Source: Phycisphaerae bacterium (GTDB taxonomy: Bacteria > Planctomycetota > Phycisphaerae > SM23-33). From it: a DNA stretch of 64,000 nucleotides. The notes beneath the pieces were generated by a model, which was not told the DNA's origin, ran no database searches, and worked only from the letters and a program-made list of their open reading frames with translations. Shown here piece by piece: positions 37,335 through 46,849 of this stretch. The stretch is taken from NCBI GenBank assembly GCA_041687095.1, contig JAWLCQ010000005.1:17520-81519 (forward strand), given 5' to 3'. The first letter of the stretch is position 1. Every line of letters starts with the position of its first letter. The translations under genes and the position numbers were made by a program.

Positions 37335-38333
37335 ATGGGGCCAGAGATCAAGTCTTGGCAGATCGTTGGTGGCAAGCTCAAGGCGTCCAACTCGACATTG
37401 GCGGAAGCTGGCAGGACCGAGCCGTACGACCTTGAGCCTTGGATCGAGTCCAACCCCGAGATCGTCGGCGCGGACATCGCGGTCATCGGCCGGCAGATTC
37501 TGACGAAATCCGGGCCGATCGATCTGCTGGGCATCGACAGGAACGGCAACCTCGTCGTTATCGAACTCAAACGCAACAGGCTCCCCCGCGAATCGCTCGC
37601 TCAAGCCATCGACTACGCATCCGACGTTGCCTCCTGGAGCATCGAGCGGATCAGCGAAATCTGCTCCGAGAAGCGAGGCCAGAGCCTGGAGGAATACCTG
37701 AGCGAGACCTTCGAGGATGTCGATGTTGACAACCTCAACGTCAACGACACGCAGCGCATCATCCTTGTGGGGTTCTCCATCGACGCAGCCTTGGAGCGGA
37801 TGATCGAGTGGCTCTCCAACAACTTCAATGTGAGCATCAACGCCGTCGTCCTGCACTACACGAAGACCACCAGCGGCGACGAGTTACTTACCCGAACCTC
37901 CATCATCTCGGAAGAGCTGGAGCAGGAGCGGGTCAAGAAGCGGAAGAAGTTCACCATCCCCTCCTCTGATGAGCCTGGGGACTACGACGAGGCTGCCTTA
38001 CGGAAGAAGCTCACGGCGTACCTCTCCCGCAGACCGGTGACCAACCAGCGAATACTGAAGGTGTTCCTGCCGATTCTGCTAGCGAATGAAACCGTCACCC
38101 GGCCACAACTCAAGGCGGAATATCAGCGGCAAGTACCGGAGGAGGAGACGCCCAAGGTCGGCTACTACCTGTCCATGATCTCCGCCCAACTCGGCCGCGA
38201 AGGCAACGACTTTCTGCGACAGGTGATCGCGTACGAGTACCCCAACCATCCGTGGGAGAAGGACAACTTCTCTCTCCGCAAGCAGCACCGGAGTCTTGTG
38301 GAGGAAGTCATTCACGAGCTCACACCGCGTTAG
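37335..38333 (+). CDS. NucS/DUF91-like PD-(D/E)XK endonuclease domain protein
   Basis: LEPWI..IGRQ..IDLLGID..VVIELKR..QAIDY. Confidence 0.85.
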   Translation: MGPEIKSWQIVGGKLKASNSTLAEAGRTEPYDLEPWIESNPEIVGADIAVIGRQILTKSGPIDLLGIDRNGNLVVIELKRNRLPRESLAQAIDYASDVASWSIERISEICSEKRGQSLEEYLSETFEDVDVDNLNVNDTQRIILVGFSIDAALERMIEWLSNNFNVSINAVVLHYTKTTSGDELLTRTSIISEELEQERVKKRKKFTIPSSDEPGDYDEAALRKKLTAYLSRRPVTNQRILKVFLPILLANETVTRPQLKAEYQRQVPEEETPKVGYYLSMISAQLGREGNDFLRQVIAYEYPNHPWEKDNFSLRKQHRSLVEEVIHELTPR

Positions 38334-38472
38334 GCAAGAACGCCGGAACAGGCTGTTCCTCTCGTTTGGACTGATTCGCACGGTATCGGTTTGTGCTTTC
38401 GCCGAATCAACTTGCACCCTCTCGCCACTTGAGGCTCAGTGTCCACACGCGCCGCGTGAGCGGCCCCGGTGT

Positions 38473-38501
38473 TTGCCAGCGTGCAGCGAAACCCGTATGC
38501 T
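38473..38501 (+). promoter_or_regulatory. Sigma70-type promoter TTGCCA-N17-TATGCT
   Basis: Near-consensus boxes upstream of the histone-like gene. Confidence 0.6.
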
Positions 38502-38549
38502 GGCAGGACGAAGGACTCGATTCGAGCTTCCGAAGCAAAGGAGAAGTGT

Positions 38550-39017
38550 GTGATAAGAACGCGTACGATCACAGAGCTGCAGGCCGAGCTGGAACAGATG
38601 CAGCAGACCTTGGAGGCCCTGAAGGGCCAGCGGCAGAACCTGGCGGACGAACTGGCGAGGGTGGATGCCCGCATCGCCACGCTCGCCGGCGAGACCGGCC
38701 CCAAGGCCACTGCGGCCGCCCCGAAGGCCGCGAAGAAAGCGGGCCGCAAGGCCGCCCGCAAGGCCCCCAAGCGTGCCCGCAAGTCCCCTACCGCCAAGAC
38801 TGGCGGCAAGGCCCCCCGCGGCCTGCTCGTGGAGCACATCCGCGCCGCCTTGGCCCAGGCCCCGGAGGGCATGCGGGTGAAGGACATCGAGGCCGCGGTG
38901 CGAGAGGCAGGCTACCCGGTGCAGAGCAAGGACTTCTACACGCAGGTGGCGACGGCCGTGCCGAAGGTCCCCGGCGTCGAGCGCCTTGGCCGCGGGGTGT
39001 ACAAGCTCGCGGACTGA
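38550..39017 (+). CDS. Nucleoid-associated/histone-like protein (coiled coil, AKK-rich linker, winged helix)
   Basis: AAGGAG RBS; KAAKKAGRKAARKAPKRARK; GRGVYKL wing. Confidence 0.75.
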   Translation: MIRTRTITELQAELEQMQQTLEALKGQRQNLADELARVDARIATLAGETGPKATAAAPKAAKKAGRKAARKAPKRARKSPTAKTGGKAPRGLLVEHIRAALAQAPEGMRVKDIEAAVREAGYPVQSKDFYTQVATAVPKVPGVERLGRGVYKLAD

Positions 39018-39043
39018 GCCCCCCTACCACTTCTGCAGCACGT

Positions 39044-39074
39044 GCGGGCCCGGGGCCACAGGTTCCGGGCCCGC
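39044..39074. terminator. Hairpin between convergent units
   Basis: gcgggcccgg..ccgggcccgc stem. Confidence 0.55.
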
Positions 39075-39157
39075 TGTCTGTGGCGACCTCACCGCCCCCC
39101 TCGCCCCGCCGGCGTCCCGATGGGAGCCGACGCGGGGCGAGGGGGCCGCTCCGTCCG

Positions 39158-39541
39158 CTACTCCCAGTTCCGCAGATGGCTGAGGTAGATGATGCTCACG
39201 CCGCTACAGCCGAATGCATACTCCACCTCGCACCCGCGCAGTGTCTGCGCTCGGCTGAGACGGGCGTGGTCGCGGGTGACGAGGAACGAGAAGTCGTTCC
39301 TCTCCCGCTTGCGGGTCAGAAGCGCCCGCAGGTCCTCGCGCAGAACCGGCGTGACGCCCGAAACCCCCGCCAGCCGGACCTCGCCCGCGCAGATCATGCC
39401 CACGCTGTCGGCGAACCGGCGGATGTTGCGGATTTGCTCCTCCAGTTTCTCGTCGGCGCCTCCTGGGTACGCGCATCGGGCGTAGGCGATGTACCGCTTG
39501 CCCTCGCAAAGGATTCTTCCCGCCAAAAACGTCATGTCCAT
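39158..39541 (-). CDS. Stand-alone resolvase-like catalytic domain lacking the Ser nucleophile
   Basis: AYARCA (vs YxRxS), LEEQ, GVSG..R, DHARLSR. Confidence 0.65.
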   Translation of the reverse strand: MDMTFLAGRILCEGKRYIAYARCAYPGGADEKLEEQIRNIRRFADSVGMICAGEVRLAGVSGVTPVLREDLRALLTRKRERNDFSFLVTRDHARLSRAQTLRGCEVEYAFGCSGVSIIYLSHLRNWE

Positions 39542-39553
39542 ATGCCGTGCTCC

Positions 39554-40522
39554 TTACGGTGTTCGATCCCGACGTCGGGATCGGGGGGTTCGTTGTGCGG
39601 GTGGAACGCCGGCGGCGGCGAGGGCATCGGCCCACGAGCCGAACAGGCGCCGGGCGGCCCGGGCGAATCGATCGGGGTGGTGGGACGGGCGGAGGAACGG
39701 CTGGTTCGCCTTCGCCCGTCGCCGCAGGTGCTCGATGATCTCCTCGCGGGTGTAGGGAGGCCGATAGTGGCGGACGGTTGCCGAGTCGATCCCCGCGGCC
39801 TCGATCGCCCCGAACCAGCTTCCAAAACAGTTCCACGCGGCGTGGGCCAGGCGGGGCGCGTCGCGTGCGACGTCCGTCCAGCGCAGGGACTGGCCTTTGT
39901 GCTGGCGGATCAGGATCGCTTCCACCACCGACACCTGCGTCCATTGCGGCCACCGCCGGCCGTAGGGATCCGGGACGCCCGCCGCCCGCAGCGCCGCGCG
40001 CCACGAGCCGAACAGGCGATTGGCGGCGTTCTTGGCCCCGTGGGGCCGCACGTTGTAGGACTTGATCGGCAGGTTCAGGGCCGCCCGGGTACGGATGAGG
40101 TTCAGGAGCTCCTCCCGTGTAATGGGCCGGCGGTTGCGCCGGATGCGGTCGGGCTCGTAGCCCGCCGCCCGCAGTGCCTCGTCCCAGGATCCGAAGTGCT
40201 TCACGCCCGCCTGGGACAGTCCCCCGGGCAGTCGCAGGATCGATCCGAAGTGCAGCGGCGTCCCCTGGCGGTCGAGGCGGCGGATGGCCTCGATGACGGA
40301 CTCGGGCGTCCAGCTCCTGTAGGGGCAAACGGCGTCGGCGTCGATCCCCGCAGCCGCCAGCGCCTCGCGCCAGCCCTCGAAGTACCGGAAGGCCGCCGCG
40401 TACAGCGCCCCCTGCCAGCGGGAGACGCTGCTGGCGACGAGGGACTCGCCCTGACTCTTCAGATGCAGGATGTCGCGAATGATGTCGTCCTTGGACCAGT
40501 ACCGCTGCTTGCCCCTGGGCAT
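39554..40522 (-). CDS. FGSW-repeat protein C (5 repeats; homing-endonuclease-associated-repeat-like)
   Basis: WT.E.VIEAI...AA.R.FGSW..AL.AAG units. Confidence 0.85.
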   Translation of the reverse strand: MPRGKQRYWSKDDIIRDILHLKSQGESLVASSVSRWQGALYAAAFRYFEGWREALAAAGIDADAVCPYRSWTPESVIEAIRRLDRQGTPLHFGSILRLPGGLSQAGVKHFGSWDEALRAAGYEPDRIRRNRRPITREELLNLIRTRAALNLPIKSYNVRPHGAKNAANRLFGSWRAALRAAGVPDPYGRRWPQWTQVSVVEAILIRQHKGQSLRWTDVARDAPRLAHAAWNCFGSWFGAIEAAGIDSATVRHYRPPYTREEIIEHLRRRAKANQPFLRPSHHPDRFARAARRLFGSWADALAAAGVPPAQRTPRSRRRDRTP

Positions 40523-40524
40523 CC

Positions 40525-41874
40525 CTATCCTCCTTCCTCTCGCCGCCGCGACGGGCCGCGGCGTCCGCGGGATGGGCGGCCGGTCCCGAGACCGGCGGCT
40601 CGGAGGACGTTGGCCCAGGAGCCGAACAGGCGGCGTGCGGCCTGGGCGAGCCCGTCAGGATGCTGGGTGGGACGGTTGCGGGGCTGGCCCTCCCCGTCCC
40701 GCTGCTGCACGCGTTCGAGAATCTCCTCGCGGGTGTAGGGAGGGCGGCGGGGATGGGGGCGAACGGTCGCCGGATCGATCCCGGCGGCCCTTAGGGCACG
40801 GCCCCAACTGCCGAAGTAGTTCCTGACGGCGTTGCCCAGGCGCGACGCATCGCACAGGACGTCCGACCACACCAGGGACTGCCCGTTGTACTGGCGGATC
40901 AGGATCGCCTCGACCACCGAGACCTGCGTCCATTGCGTGCGCCGGCCCTCGTTCGCCGGGACGCCTGCGGCCCGGAGGGCGTCGGCCCAGGAACCGAACA
41001 GCCGCTTGGCGGCCCGGACGAGTCCGTCAGGATGCCGACCGGGACGGTTGAGGGGCTGTCCCGCCGCGTCCCGCTGCCGCAGGCCATCGAGGATCTCCTC
41101 GGGCGTATAGGGACGGCGCTGGCGCCGAACCGTCTCGGGATCGATCCCCGCCGCCGCCAGCGCCTCGTTCCAGCCCCTGAAGTACGCCCGGCCCGCACTG
41201 ATCAGCGGGACTGCCTGGCGGGCGACCTCCTCGTACGACAGGGGCTGGCCGCTGCGCTGGCGGGCCAGGATCGCCTCGACCACCGAGGCCTTCGTCCAGC
41301 TCCTCCGCCCGGCGTAGGGGTTGGGCACCCCCGCGGCCTCCAGCGCCGCCCGCCAGGAGCCGAAGATCCGCTTCGCCGCTCCCTTGGCCGAGTGGGGCCG
41401 GACGCTGTAGGACTTGATGGGCAGGCCCCGAGCCACGCGGGAGCGGATCAGGTCCAGGATCCCCTCCCGCGTCCAGCGCTGGCGGCTGCGCCGGACCCGC
41501 TGGGGATCGTATCCGGCGGCGGCGAGGGCTTCGTCCCACGAGCCGAAGTGCTTCGTGGCCGCGGCGTTCACCCCCCCGCCCTTGCGGTAGGCGGAGGCGT
41601 AATGCAGCGGCACCCCCTGCCGATCGAGCTGACGGATGGCCTCGATGACGCCATCGGGCGTCCACCGCTTGCGGCCGTAGATGGTATCCGCGTCGATGCC
41701 CGCGGCCGCCAGCGCCTTCCGCCAGGAGCCAAAGTGCCGCTGGGCGGCTCCATAGAGCCCCGCGTGGCAGACATCGACGTGGCCCCCACGCAGGGGCTGG
41801 CCCTGCGCTTCCAGTTGCAGGATGTGGCTCACCACGTCATCCCCGTACCGGTATCGGACTACGCCCTTGGGCAT
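40525..41874 (-). CDS. FGSW-repeat protein B (7 repeats)
   Basis: AGGAGG RBS before MPKGVV; seven repeat units. Confidence 0.85.
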   Translation of the reverse strand: MPKGVVRYRYGDDVVSHILQLEAQGQPLRGGHVDVCHAGLYGAAQRHFGSWRKALAAAGIDADTIYGRKRWTPDGVIEAIRQLDRQGVPLHYASAYRKGGGVNAAATKHFGSWDEALAAAGYDPQRVRRSRQRWTREGILDLIRSRVARGLPIKSYSVRPHSAKGAAKRIFGSWRAALEAAGVPNPYAGRRSWTKASVVEAILARQRSGQPLSYEEVARQAVPLISAGRAYFRGWNEALAAAGIDPETVRRQRRPYTPEEILDGLRQRDAAGQPLNRPGRHPDGLVRAAKRLFGSWADALRAAGVPANEGRRTQWTQVSVVEAILIRQYNGQSLVWSDVLCDASRLGNAVRNYFGSWGRALRAAGIDPATVRPHPRRPPYTREEILERVQQRDGEGQPRNRPTQHPDGLAQAARRLFGSWANVLRAAGLGTGRPSRGRRGPSRRREEGG

Positions 41875-42851
41875 CCGGGCCCTCCTGAGCTTTGATGCCG
41901 CGACCTGCCGTAGGGGCCGCGGGGGGGATAGTTGTCGGGGATGACGGCGGCGCCGAGGGCCTTTCGCCAGGAGCCGAACAGGCGGCTGGCGGCTTGGACG
42001 ATCCAGCCGGGGTGGCGGCCGGGCCGGGGGTTGAACTCCGGGTCCTTGCGGGCCTGCTCCAGATACGCGAGGATGTCCTCGGGCGTGTGGGGCCGCCGGT
42101 AACGACGAACGCTGTCGGGATCGATGCCCGCGGCCTCCAGTGCCGCATCCCAGGTGCCGAAGGCCCGCCGCGCCGCCCCGTGCAGCAGCGGACACTGTGC
42201 GTAGACCACGCCGGGCGACAGCGATCGCCCCTGCTGCCGGCGCCGCAGGATCGCCTCCACCACCGAGACCTTCGTCCACCGGGGGGACTCGGCGAAGGGG
42301 TTGGGCACCCCCGCCGCCCGCACCGCGGCTTTCCAGGAACCGAAGAGCCGCTGCGCTGCGGATTCCACCGATCGGCGCACGGCCACCGCCTCCTGGGGCG
42401 ACAGGTTCTGCTGGTGCTGGCGGCGGATGGCCTGGAGCACCTCCTCGGCCGTCCATCGAGGCTGCCGACAGCGCACGGTCCGGGGATCGATCCCCGCCGC
42501 CCGCAGGGCCGCCTCCCAGGAGCCCAGGTGCTTCAGGGCCGCGCAGCGAAGGCCCCCGTCCACCCTCCGCACCGATCCGCTGTTGAGCGGCACCCCCTGC
42601 CGTGCGAGCCGCTGGATCGCCGCCACGATCCGCTGGTCCGTCCACTGCCGCTGGCGGCAGACCTTCCCGTCGTCCAGCCCCGCCGCACACAGGGCCTTAC
42701 GCCAGGAGCCAAAGTGCCTCCGGGCCGCCAGATCGAGTCCCCCCTGCCGCTTCTGCACCTCGCGGGAGTGCAGGCTCTCGCCCGCCAGCTCCAGCTCCAG
42801 GATGCGTCGGATCACGTCCTCCTTGCGCGGGTACCGGGACGCGCGTGCCAT
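41859..42851 (-). CDS. FGSW-repeat protein A (5 repeats)
   Basis: AGGAGG RBS; five repeat units. Confidence 0.85.
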   Translation of the reverse strand: MARASRYPRKEDVIRRILELELAGESLHSREVQKRQGGLDLAARRHFGSWRKALCAAGLDDGKVCRQRQWTDQRIVAAIQRLARQGVPLNSGSVRRVDGGLRCAALKHLGSWEAALRAAGIDPRTVRCRQPRWTAEEVLQAIRRQHQQNLSPQEAVAVRRSVESAAQRLFGSWKAAVRAAGVPNPFAESPRWTKVSVVEAILRRRQQGRSLSPGVVYAQCPLLHGAARRAFGTWDAALEAAGIDPDSVRRYRRPHTPEDILAYLEQARKDPEFNPRPGRHPGWIVQAASRLFGSWRKALGAAVIPDNYPPRGPYGRSRHQSSGGPGCPRA

Positions 42852-42864
42852 GGGGGGCCTCCTT

Positions 42865-43491
42865 TCAGATGAGGGCGAAGAAGCTCTCCCGCCCCAGGTG
42901 CGGCAGGTACTTCATCGCCGCCGCCGTCAGCGTCATCACCTCCAGGCGAACCCAGTTGCTCTCGCCGCTGAAGCACACCCGCTCCACCGCGAACCGCCGC
43001 TGGCGCTTGTCCACCAGGACGAACCGCAGCAGCGGGTAGTACTGCATCCGGCGGACCTTCGCTTGGCGGCGGGCGCGGAACATCTCCACCAGCTCCGGGG
43101 AGTAGCGCTTCGCCAGCGCCCCGCTGAGCGCCTCGGCGAACCCCTCGGCGAACTCCGCATCGAGGCTCTCCTGGAAGCACTTGCGATCGTCTGCCGAGGC
43201 GTAGACCGTGGCGGCGGGCCCCTCGACGTCCAGGGCGTAGGCGAAGGGGCGAAGCTGCTCCATCGCCGCCCGCAGCATCCGCTCCTCCAGCTCCGCGATC
43301 CGCCGGGGGCGCGTCCGCCGCAGGCAGACGTTGCCGTGGACGTTCTCGCGGACCTCGTACCCCCCGGGCAGCTTCGTCGCCGCCCCCTTGAGACGGGTGT
43401 GCATCACCCAGTAGGTGCCGCCGTTGCGCCCCCGCACGCGGCAGGGGTAGTAGGTCACGCCGTATCGGTTGGTGTACGAGAAGGGCTCCAT
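42865..43491 (-). CDS. Hypothetical protein
   Basis: YTNRYGVTYY..LPGGYEVREN; operon packing. Confidence 0.75.
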   Translation of the reverse strand: MEPFSYTNRYGVTYYPCRVRGRNGGTYWVMHTRLKGAATKLPGGYEVRENVHGNVCLRRTRPRRIAELEERMLRAAMEQLRPFAYALDVEGPAATVYASADDRKCFQESLDAEFAEGFAEALSGALAKRYSPELVEMFRARRQAKVRRMQYYPLLRFVLVDKRQRRFAVERVCFSGESNWVRLEVMTLTAAAMKYLPHLGRESFFALI

Positions 43492-43558
43492 GCCTGCCTT
43501 CCTGCTCTGTGGCCTCGCCCGCTGGGCCTCCGCCGCCTCCGTTGCGCCGCAGGCGGAT

Positions 43559-44422
43559 TCACCCCGTCGCGCGGCTCTCGCTTTCGGCGAGGACCGAGTC
43601 GAAGAACGCCAGCTCCTCCGGGTGCCGCGCCGCCAGGTGCGCCCGCAACTGCGGGCGGGAGATGATCTGGCGGACGTGGATCGCCAGCTTCAGAAAGTCC
43701 CCCACGTACTGGCGGTACAGGGCGTTGTAGAAGTCGTAGTGCTTCTCCACCTCCGCCAGCTTCTTCGTCAGGTCCCGCTTGACGTTCTGGCCCTTGAGCC
43801 ACGGGTGGTTGTCCCGCCGCTTCTTGTTCCGAAGCGGAGGCGGCGTCGCCAGCACCTGCGCCTTGACGAACGCACCGCTCCAGTCGCCCGTCTCCTTCAT
43901 CAGCGCCAGGATCTCCAACTGCCGCTTGGGCAGCACGTGCGCCAGCTCCTTCGCCACCCCCAGCAGTAGCTTCCCCCCCTCCAACTCCCCCACCACCTCC
44001 GGGTCCAGTTCGCGGTACAGAGAGGTGTGCAGGCGGGTTGCGACCGACTGGAGCCCGAACGCCCGGGCGATCGTCTCCTCGTCAATGCTCTCCAGGGCCT
44101 TGCGGAGCATCCGCACCTCCTCGCGGGAGGACAGGTGGTTCACCTGCCGGTTGGGCGTGTACAGGTCCCGGCTGGGCAGCACCAGGCACGGCACCGTCTC
44201 GACGCCCAGTTCCAGCAGGGCCGTGTAGCGGATGTACCCGTCGAGGATGAAGTACTGGTCCTCCTCCTGGCAGACGCACAGCGGCTCGATGAGCCCGACG
44301 GCCCGGAGGTTCGCCAGCAGCTTGGTGTAGCTCTTCTTGCCCACCGTGCGCTTGCGCAGCGGGGTGAGCTTCACGATGGGGACGTCGGCCCCCTGGATGG
44401 TGGCGGACTGGGGTTGGGGCAT
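43559..44422 (-). CDS. ParB/Srx-like protein with RepB-like C-terminus
   Basis: VGLIEPL..ILDGYIR..NRQVNHLS. Confidence 0.85.
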   Translation of the reverse strand: MPQPQSATIQGADVPIVKLTPLRKRTVGKKSYTKLLANLRAVGLIEPLCVCQEEDQYFILDGYIRYTALLELGVETVPCLVLPSRDLYTPNRQVNHLSSREEVRMLRKALESIDEETIARAFGLQSVATRLHTSLYRELDPEVVGELEGGKLLLGVAKELAHVLPKRQLEILALMKETGDWSGAFVKAQVLATPPPLRNKKRRDNHPWLKGQNVKRDLTKKLAEVEKHYDFYNALYRQYVGDFLKLAIHVRQIISRPQLRAHLAARHPEELAFFDSVLAESESRATG

Positions 44423-44452
44423 GGGGTTCTCCTTGGAATGGGGGTGTCGGGG

Positions 44453-45334
44453 TCAGACGGTGTACTCGCCCTTGAGCGTGGGGTTCTCGGAGAGCCCCGC
44501 CTCGTTCAGCATCGCCACGAAGACCCCGTCGGCCCGCAACCGCTGCAGGGCCACGAGGATCCGCATCAGCCGGTTCTCCCGCTGGCCGGCCTGGTACACG
44601 AAGGCCTCCTTCTCGCGGGTGATCTTGCTGATGTCGCGTTTGAGCTTGTCCACGGTGTAGGGGACGGAGGGCTTCTTGGAGCTGAGTTCCTTGCCCTTCT
44701 CCAGGCGGTCCTCGATGATCTTCCGCACCCGCGGCAGGTTGTTGGCGTTGACGATCCCGTTGTCGAACGCGTCCATCAGCAGGTGCTGGATGGAGCGGTC
44801 GGTGGACTGGGCGACGCTGGCGGCGAAGGTGATCGGAAACACCCCCTCCTCCACCCCCTTGATCAGCCGCTCCTCCCCCTGCTCGATCAGCCGCACCACC
44901 GTCCGCAGGTGCTCCTGGCTCTTGCCGGTGATGGCCGCCAGCTGCTTCCAGTCCATCCCGTAGTCCCGCATCTCCTTCAGGGCCCGGGCGAACTCGATCG
45001 TCTGCGGGGGCGTGCGGGCGATATTCTCGCCCAGGGTCATCAGGTGCGCCTGGCGCTCGTCGATGTCCCACACGTCGGCGGCGATGTGCGTCTGGCCCAG
45101 CTCGATGTGCGCCAGCAGCCGCCCCTCCCCGCAGATCAGGTCATATAGCCCCGTCCCCGCCAGGTTCCGGGCGTTGACCAGGATGGGCTTGTACAGGCCC
45201 ACCTCCCCGATGCTCCGCACATTCTCCTGGAACTGCGCCTTCTCCCGCCGGCGGGAGTTGACCACGTTGATCTGGTTGACCGGCAGCATGCGGTACTCCC
45301 GCTGGGCCATGGTGCGAATCGCTACGTCCTCCAT
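44453..45334 (-). CDS. ParB-like protein
   Basis: VGLYKPILV..LICGEGRL..ENIAR. Confidence 0.88.
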   Translation of the reverse strand: MEDVAIRTMAQREYRMLPVNQINVVNSRRREKAQFQENVRSIGEVGLYKPILVNARNLAGTGLYDLICGEGRLLAHIELGQTHIAADVWDIDERQAHLMTLGENIARTPPQTIEFARALKEMRDYGMDWKQLAAITGKSQEHLRTVVRLIEQGEERLIKGVEEGVFPITFAASVAQSTDRSIQHLLMDAFDNGIVNANNLPRVRKIIEDRLEKGKELSSKKPSVPYTVDKLKRDISKITREKEAFVYQAGQRENRLMRILVALQRLRADGVFVAMLNEAGLSENPTLKGEYTV

Positions 45335-45346
45335 CGTTCGGTCCTT

Positions 45347-46849
45347 TCATTTCAGAAGGTCTCGGATCAGGTCCAGGCCGCTATAGCCATGCAGCTCGAT
45401 GCGGGCGTCGCTCGCCGCCGACAGGCGCACCCACGGCTGGGACACCATCAGCCGCGGCATCGCCAGGTACCCCAGGATCTCCCGCTCCCCCTCGTCCGAC
45501 AGCGCGACGCCCAGCGTGATGTCTACCACCTCCCGCCGGTCCGGCCGGAAGGACCAGAACGCCCCGTAGCCGTCGGGCACCGGCACCGAGGGCTGGATCA
45601 GGACGGTGAAGTTGCGGTTGATCACCAGGAAGTCCTCGTGCTCGTCCACCAGCTCCACCTCCTGGCGGATCGCATGGAACACGTCGTCGCGGGCCCGCTG
45701 GAGCACGTCGGCGAACATCGCCTGGAACGCCCCGCCCAGACCGCCGAACTTCCGCGCGTACGTTGCCGCCGAGGGGCAGTCGGGCTCGAAGCGAAGCAGC
45801 CCCGAGGTGACGACGTGGTACTTCTCGTACACCGCCCGCAGCCGCTGGGCCATGCACTCGCTGCTGAAGCGGCGCTTGCGCCCCTCGAAGATCGCCCGCG
45901 CCGCGTCGAACAGCTCCCGCGAAACCACCGGCTCGTACGCCCCGGGGGTGACGATCCACTGGTCGCGGGGGTTGACGCGCGTGGGCCCCTTCATCCGCTG
46001 CCTTGTGCGGTTGTAGACGACCGCACCGGCGTACTGCTCGTTGGCCAGGATGTGCCGGATGCCCCCCTCGCTCCAGCGCACGCCCGCCGGCGAGGGGACG
46101 CCGCGGGAGTTGAGGTGCCCGGCGACCTGGCGCTCGTCAAAGCCCTTCTCGACGAACAGCACGAAGATCTCCTGTACCACCGTCACCTGGGCCTCGTCGC
46201 CCGGCACCAGCACCACCCGCCCGTTCTGGATCGCCTTGCGCTGGCCGGGCTGGAGGATGCGGTCGGGCTGCTTCTGCTCGTTGAGCATCAGGCGATGGTA
46301 CGCGTACGGCGGCGGGCCCCCGGGGCGGTAGCCCTGCGTGGCGACCTTCGCGGCCCCCTCGAACACCTTCTTGCTCAGCGCGCGGCTGTACTCGGCGCTC
46401 TGGCAGCGCTCGAACGCCTTGCGGAACTGCGTGACGAACTGGTTCCCCTCCTCCGTAAACCCGATCGTAGTGTACACTACCTCCTTGCCGTTCTGCCGAC
46501 ACAGCGCCTCGAAGTGCGCCGAAAGGTCCGTGTCCTGGAACCGCCCCCAGCGGCTGATGTCCAGCACGAGGATCAGGACGAAGTCCTCGCGGGTGCGGGC
46601 CCACTCCATCATCTCGTTGAACGCCGGGCGGCCCTCGGCGTTGAGCCCGCTCTTGCCGCGGTCGGCGAACTCGTGGATGATCTCGATGTCGTGCTTCTCG
46701 GCGAAGGCCCGCACGTTGTCCTGCTGGATCTCGACGGAGTTCTCCTGCCCGATCTCCGCCGAGTGGCGGTAGTAGGCCACCGCCCGCAGGCGCGGCTTGG
46801 TCTCCACCGGCTCGGTTTTTCGTACCCACCATCCGTCCATTCGCGCCAT
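45347..46849 (-). CDS. Large serine recombinase
   Basis: AYYRHS, D.GKSG..RPAF, DISRWGR, SAEYSR.LS, GG.PPY, recombinase domain N..Y.G. Confidence 0.92.
   Translation of the reverse strand: MARMDGWWVRKTEPVETKPRLRAVAYYRHSAEIGQENSVEIQQDNVRAFAEKHDIEIIHEFADRGKSGLNAEGRPAFNEMMEWARTREDFVLILVLDISRWGRFQDTDLSAHFEALCRQNGKEVVYTTIGFTEEGNQFVTQFRKAFERCQSAEYSRALSKKVFEGAAKVATQGYRPGGPPPYAYHRLMLNEQKQPDRILQPGQRKAIQNGRVVLVPGDEAQVTVVQEIFVLFVEKGFDERQVAGHLNSRGVPSPAGVRWSEGGIRHILANEQYAGAVVYNRTRQRMKGPTRVNPRDQWIVTPGAYEPVVSRELFDAARAIFEGRKRRFSSECMAQRLRAVYEKYHVVTSGLLRFEPDCPSAATYARKFGGLGGAFQAMFADVLQRARDDVFHAIRQEVELVDEHEDFLVINRNFTVLIQPSVPVPDGYGAFWSFRPDRREVVDITLGVALSDEGEREILGYLAMPRLMVSQPWVRLSAASDARIELHGYSGLDLIRDLLK

Noticed and set aside
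38393-40738. 781-aa plus-strand ORF
   Set aside because: Off-frame or antisense to the histone-like, resolvase-like and repeat genes; low-complexity R/P/G content
41875-42690. N-terminal part of the 721-aa ORF
   Set aside because: Off-frame overlap with repeat protein A; the real start has an AGGAGG RBS at 41874
39554-42851. Recurring DNA motifs (e.g. CCAGGAGCCGAA) as a possible CRISPR array or DGR repeats
   Set aside because: They are codons of the FGSW protein repeats, ~200 bp apart and degenerate; no cas or reverse transcriptase gene seen
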